Below are positions 60,473 to 64,000 of a DNA stretch of 64,000 nucleotides, piece by piece. The DNA is from Alphaproteobacteria bacterium (GTDB lineage: Bacteria > Pseudomonadota > Alphaproteobacteria > Bin95), in NCBI GenBank assembly GCA_964291285.2, contig OZ219787.1, forward strand, positions 2,112,001-2,176,000. The letters are read 5' to 3'. The stretch's first letter is position 1, and every line of letters starts with the position of its first letter. The notes beneath the pieces were generated by a model. It was given only the letters and a program-made list of their open reading frames with translations. It ran no database searches and had not been told where the DNA came from. A program made the position numbers and the translations under genes.

Positions 60473-60563
60473 GGGCGTATCCCGTCCTCCTCGCGCCAAA
60501 CTCTCTCCAGCTCGTTTCCGCCACCGTCACCGGCCGCGACGACAAGGGCGTGGGGCCGCTACC

Positions 60564-62575
60564 CCGACTTCCGCAACTCGGCTTGAGAATCGACTGATTT
60601 GACGGTTTTCCGGCGCGAGAAGTGTCGGATTTCGGTGCAGTACCTCTCGGGACCGGCTTGTAGTGCCGACCTACCCCCTTGATCGGGCTGGCGAAGATCC
60701 GGACGCTGCGCTGATGTTCGTGCGCTGCAAGAGACGCTTCAAGGACGGCAAGGAGCACCGCTACTGGAGCGTTGTGGAGAACGTCCGGGTCCACGGCGGT
60801 CGGGTTGTTCAGCGTCAGGTGCTCTATCTCGGGGAGATCAACGACAGCCAGCGAGCGGCGTGGTGCCGCTCGATCGAGGTGGTGGAGGGCAAGTCGCGAT
60901 CACGGCAGATGGCGCTGTTTCCCGAGGACCGGGAGGCGCCGGCGCTGACTTGCGAAGTGGTGAAGATCGACCTCTCGCAGGTGGCGCTTCACGACCCGCG
61001 CCAGTGGGGGGCGTGCTGGCTGGCGCTGTCCTTGTGGGACCGCCTGGACCTGGACCGCTTCTGGGAAGAGCGGCTGCCGGCGAGCCGGCAAGGCACGCGG
61101 TGGCTGGACATCCTGAAGATCCAGGTCTGCTACCGGCTGATCGACCCGGGCAGCGAGTGGCGCCTTCACCGTCACTGGTATGAGCACAGCGCGCTTCGCG
61201 ATCTTCTGGGTGGCGAGCGGGCGATCGCCGACGACACACTCTATCGCTGTCTCGACAAGCTGCTGGCGCACAAGCAGGGCTTCTTCTCGTTTCTGCGCGA
61301 CCGCTGGGCGACGCTGTTCGAGGCGCGCTTCGACGTGCTGCTCTACGACCTGACCTCGACCTACTTCGAGAGCGATCCGCCGTTCGATGACAAGCGCCGC
61401 TTCGGCTACAGCCGGGACAAGCGGCCCGACTGCGTGCAGGTGGTGATCGCCCTGATCGTTACGCCGCAGGGCTTTCCGCTGGCCTATGAGGTGATGCCGG
61501 GCAACACCTCCGACGACACCACGCTGGCGGCGTTCCTCAAGAAGATCGAGGATCAGTATGGCCGCTCCGAGCGGGTGTGGATCATGGACCGCGGCATCCC
61601 CACCGAGGAGACGCTGGCCGCGATGCGCGAGGGCGAGGCGCCGGTGCGCTACCTGGTGGGCACGCCCAAGGGCCGGCTGACGCGGCTCGAGAAGGTGTTC
61701 CTGGGCCTGCCCTGGCAGGAGGTGCGCCAGTCCGTGACTGTCAAGCTTCTGGTCGAGGATGGCGAGCTCTACGTCCTGGTGCGCAGCGAGGGGCGGCAGG
61801 TGAAGGAACGCGGCATGCGCCGGCGCCGGCTGAAGAGGCTGTGGCGTCGATTGGCCGAGTTGCAAGGGCAGTCGAACAGCCGGGATCAGTTGTTGCTCAA
61901 GCTCGGCGCCGCCAGGAAGGAGGCCGGCCGGGCCTGGAGCCTGGTCGACATCACCGTGCCCGGGACCGACAGCGAACTCGCCGCCAACGGCTTCTCATTC
62001 CGCCTGCAGCGCGACCGGCTGCGCCAGGTCCGCCGCCGCGAGGGCCGTTACCTGCTGCGATCCAACATGGTCGCCGAAGACCCCGCCACGCTGTGGCATC
62101 TGTACATGCAGCTCGTCGAGATCGAGCAGGCGTTCAAGGAACTCAAGCACGACCTCGCGATCCGCCCCATCTTCCATCAGCGCCAAGAGCGCATCGAGGC
62201 GCATATCTTCGTCTCGTTCATCGCCTACTGCCTGCTGGTGACCCTGAAGAACCTCGCCCGGCCGCGCGCCCCGGGCCTCACCCCACGCGCCATCCTTGAG
62301 GCCTTCGCCACCATCCAGATGGTGGACGTCCATCTGCCAACCACCGACGGCCGGCACCTCGTCCTGCCGCGCCACACCCGGCCGAACAAGGAGCACGAGC
62401 TACTGCTGCAACAGCTCGGCATGACCTGGCCGCAGCAACCCGCACCCCGGATCTCCGCCTGACGGCACACGGCGCCGCCTCTCCGTTCGCCGCCTTGTAG
62501 TGCCGACCCTCGGGGAGACGATCAAGGCTATTCAATGAGTTAGCATCCTCATGACCCCCGAGTTGCGGAAGTCGG
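60564..62575 (+). mobile_element. IS1634-family insertion sequence
   Basis: 18-bp perfect IR CCGACTTCCGCAACTCGG (60564-60581 / 62558-62575); 6-bp target duplication GCTACC (60558-60563, 62576-62581). Confidence 0.95.
60714..62462 (+). CDS. IS1634-family DDE transposase
   Basis: 'LYDLTSTYFE', 'GYSRDKRPD', 'MDRGI', 'IEQAFKELK..L.IRPIFH'. Confidence 0.95.
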   Translation: MFVRCKRRFKDGKEHRYWSVVENVRVHGGRVVQRQVLYLGEINDSQRAAWCRSIEVVEGKSRSRQMALFPEDREAPALTCEVVKIDLSQVALHDPRQWGACWLALSLWDRLDLDRFWEERLPASRQGTRWLDILKIQVCYRLIDPGSEWRLHRHWYEHSALRDLLGGERAIADDTLYRCLDKLLAHKQGFFSFLRDRWATLFEARFDVLLYDLTSTYFESDPPFDDKRRFGYSRDKRPDCVQVVIALIVTPQGFPLAYEVMPGNTSDDTTLAAFLKKIEDQYGRSERVWIMDRGIPTEETLAAMREGEAPVRYLVGTPKGRLTRLEKVFLGLPWQEVRQSVTVKLLVEDGELYVLVRSEGRQVKERGMRRRRLKRLWRRLAELQGQSNSRDQLLLKLGAARKEAGRAWSLVDITVPGTDSELAANGFSFRLQRDRLRQVRRREGRYLLRSNMVAEDPATLWHLYMQLVEIEQAFKELKHDLAIRPIFHQRQERIEAHIFVSFIAYCLLVTLKNLARPRAPGLTPRAILEAFATIQMVDVHLPTTDGRHLVLPRHTRPNKEHELLLQQLGMTWPQQPAPRISA

Positions 62576-62710
62576 GCTACCGCTCCCGCGACCTCTGCCT
62601 TGCCTGGATGAACGCGCTCGCCGCCGGCGATCCCGATGCGGAGATCGACCTGTAGGGACACGGCCCCTGCCGCCGCTATAGTGCCGCCGCCGTAGAGGGG
62701 AGGTGTGCGC

Positions 62711-63355
62711 ATGGGCCTCAAGGGACAGATCGTGCCGGTCACGCCGTTCCAGCAGAACTGCTCGATCGTCTGGTCGGAGGCGACCATGGCGGGCGCGGTG
62801 GTGGACCCCGGCGGGGACCTGCCGCGCATCCGGGCCGCCGTGGAGCAGGCGGGGGTGGCGGTCGAGAAGATCCTGCTGACCCACGGCCATGTCGACCACG
62901 CCGCCGGCGCGGGCGCGCTCGCCGCCGAACTGGGCGTGCCGATCGAGGGGCCGCACGAGGCCGACCGGTTCCTGATCGAGGGGCTGCCGGAGCAGGCGGC
63001 GCAGCTCGGCTTCGGCCCGGCGCTCGCCTTCGAGCCCTCGCGCTGGCTCGACGAGGGCGACGAGGTGGCGGTCTCCGACCTCGTGCTGGAGGTGCGCCAC
63101 TGCCCCGGCCACACGCCGGGCCATGTGGTCTTCTTCCACCGGCCGTCCAACCTCGCCCTGGTGGGCGACGTGCTGTTCCAGGGCTCGGTCGGGCGGACCG
63201 ACCTGCCGGGCGGCGACCATGCGGCGCTGATCCGCTCGATCCGCACCAAGCTCTGGCCGCTCGGCGCGGACATCGCCTTCCTGCCGGGGCACGGGCCGAT
63301 GTCCACCTTCGCCGCCGAGCGCGCCTCCAACCCCTTCGTCGGCGACGGGGTTTAG
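62711..63355 (+). CDS. MBL-fold metallo-hydrolase (YcbL/glyoxalase II-like)
   Basis: 'QQNCS', THGHVDH, PGHTPG, 'GDVLF.GSVGRTD', PGHG. Confidence 0.93.
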   Translation: MGLKGQIVPVTPFQQNCSIVWSEATMAGAVVDPGGDLPRIRAAVEQAGVAVEKILLTHGHVDHAAGAGALAAELGVPIEGPHEADRFLIEGLPEQAAQLGFGPALAFEPSRWLDEGDEVAVSDLVLEVRHCPGHTPGHVVFFHRPSNLALVGDVLFQGSVGRTDLPGGDHAALIRSIRTKLWPLGADIAFLPGHGPMSTFAAERASNPFVGDGV

Positions 63356-63401
63356 CGTCCCGTTCCGAAGCTCACGCGCCGTCGCCCGGGGCTCCCCACC
63401 C

Positions 63402-63488
63402 CGTCATGCCCGGACTTGTTCCGGGCATCCATTTCCGCCGCTGCGATGGCCCCCGAGGGAGATGCCCGGAACAAGTCCGGGCATGACG
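63402..63488. repeat. Palindromic REP/RPE-like element between convergent genes
   Basis: Perfect 28-bp IR CGTCATGCCCGGACTTGTTCCGGGCATC (63402-63429 / 63461-63488). Confidence 0.9.
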
Positions 63489-63543
63489 ATATGGAGGCAT
63501 GACGGAGGCGGACGACGTTCGGCCGCGCCGGAGAAGCAGGCCG

Positions 63544-64000
63544 CTACTCCTCCAGCTTGAGGCCGGGGATGCCGAGCTTGCCGGTGCGCTCGATCTTGGC
63601 GAGGATGCGGGCGTCGTGGCGGAACCACTGGCCCGCCTCCTTGTCGGGATTGGCCTTCGCCCATTCCTTGACGAACCAGTTGCCGCGCGCCCACTTGCCG
63701 TCCGGGTCCGCGGACTTCTTGAACTGCACGGCGAACATCGGCAGCTTCGGGTTCTCGATCAGCAGCCCGTCCACGACCGTCTTCATGCCGCAGAAGGGCA
63801 CGAGGTCGGCCTGGGTGCCGGCGAAGGGGTCGAAATTCTTCGCCGCCGGGATGAGCCGGCCTTCTTCGGTCAGCAGGCCGAGCTGGCGCTTGCCGCCGCC
63901 GCAATTCTCCGGGCAGTCGCCGGTCAGTTCGCAGACGATATCCACGACGGTGACGGTCAGCCGCGCCTTCTCCTCGTGCTCGATGCCCCATTCGTCGGCG
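63544..64000 (-). CDS. Hypothetical protein, 5' end outside the window
   Basis: Open frame runs to the window edge with typical codon usage; Cys cluster 'CELTGDCPENCG'. Confidence 0.7.
   Translation of the reverse strand, partial: ADEWGIEHEEKARLTVTVVDIVCELTGDCPENCGGGKRQLGLLTEEGRLIPAAKNFDPFAGTQADLVPFCGMKTVVDGLLIENPKLPMFAVQFKKSADPDGKWARGNWFVKEWAKANPDKEAGQWFRHDARILAKIERTGKLGIPGLKLEE

Larger units (their letters stand above)
60506..62655 (+). pseudogene. Remnant C-terminus of a probable type IIG R-M gene, split by IS1634
   Basis: Joining the IS flanks gives in-frame SSFP...AWGRYRSRDLCLAWMNALAAGDPDAEIDL*; family recognised from memory only. Confidence 0.55.

Overview
GC-rich alphaproteobacterial-type chromosomal window; the taxon is inferred from gene content and promoter style. 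It has three zones. (1) 1-9.8 kb is accessory. It holds the remnant of a type IVb-pilus-like operon on the minus strand: truncated secretin, PilO-like and PilP-like genes. A translationally coupled module sits between the PilO-like and PilP-like genes: a secreted Pro-rich protein with a FrpC-like Ca2+-binding self-processing-module domain, a GNAT acyltransferase, a fatty-acid desaturase and a lipoprotein. The operon is cut by an IS1595-family element (7247-9671) that carries a DNA-methyltransferase-HNH fusion as passenger. (2) 9.9-55.8 kb is mostly metabolic and transport genes: RND efflux, MlrC peptidase plus Dpp-type ABC transporter, formate-dehydrogenase-accessory-like genes, orphan soxYZ plus YeeE, oxygenases, acyl-CoA dehydrogenases, form II CoxL-like protein, icd, P450, tRNA-Sec and amidohydrolases. 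It also contains one AT-rich nuclease insert and several palindromic repeats. (3) 55.9-62.7 kb is a defence/mobile patch: orphan IS630-like HTH gene, MmeI-like type IIL/IIG restriction-modification gene, and an intact IS1634 with a 6-bp target duplication inserted in an R-M-like gene remnant. The strongest novelty candidates are the pilus-embedded SPM/GNAT/desaturase module, the IS-borne MTase-HNH, and a non-coding cassette (promoter, RBS, Met-Thr-stop minigene) present twice, 46 kb apart, each time in front of a transposase-related gene. All family assignments come from motif recognition by eye; no database searches were run.
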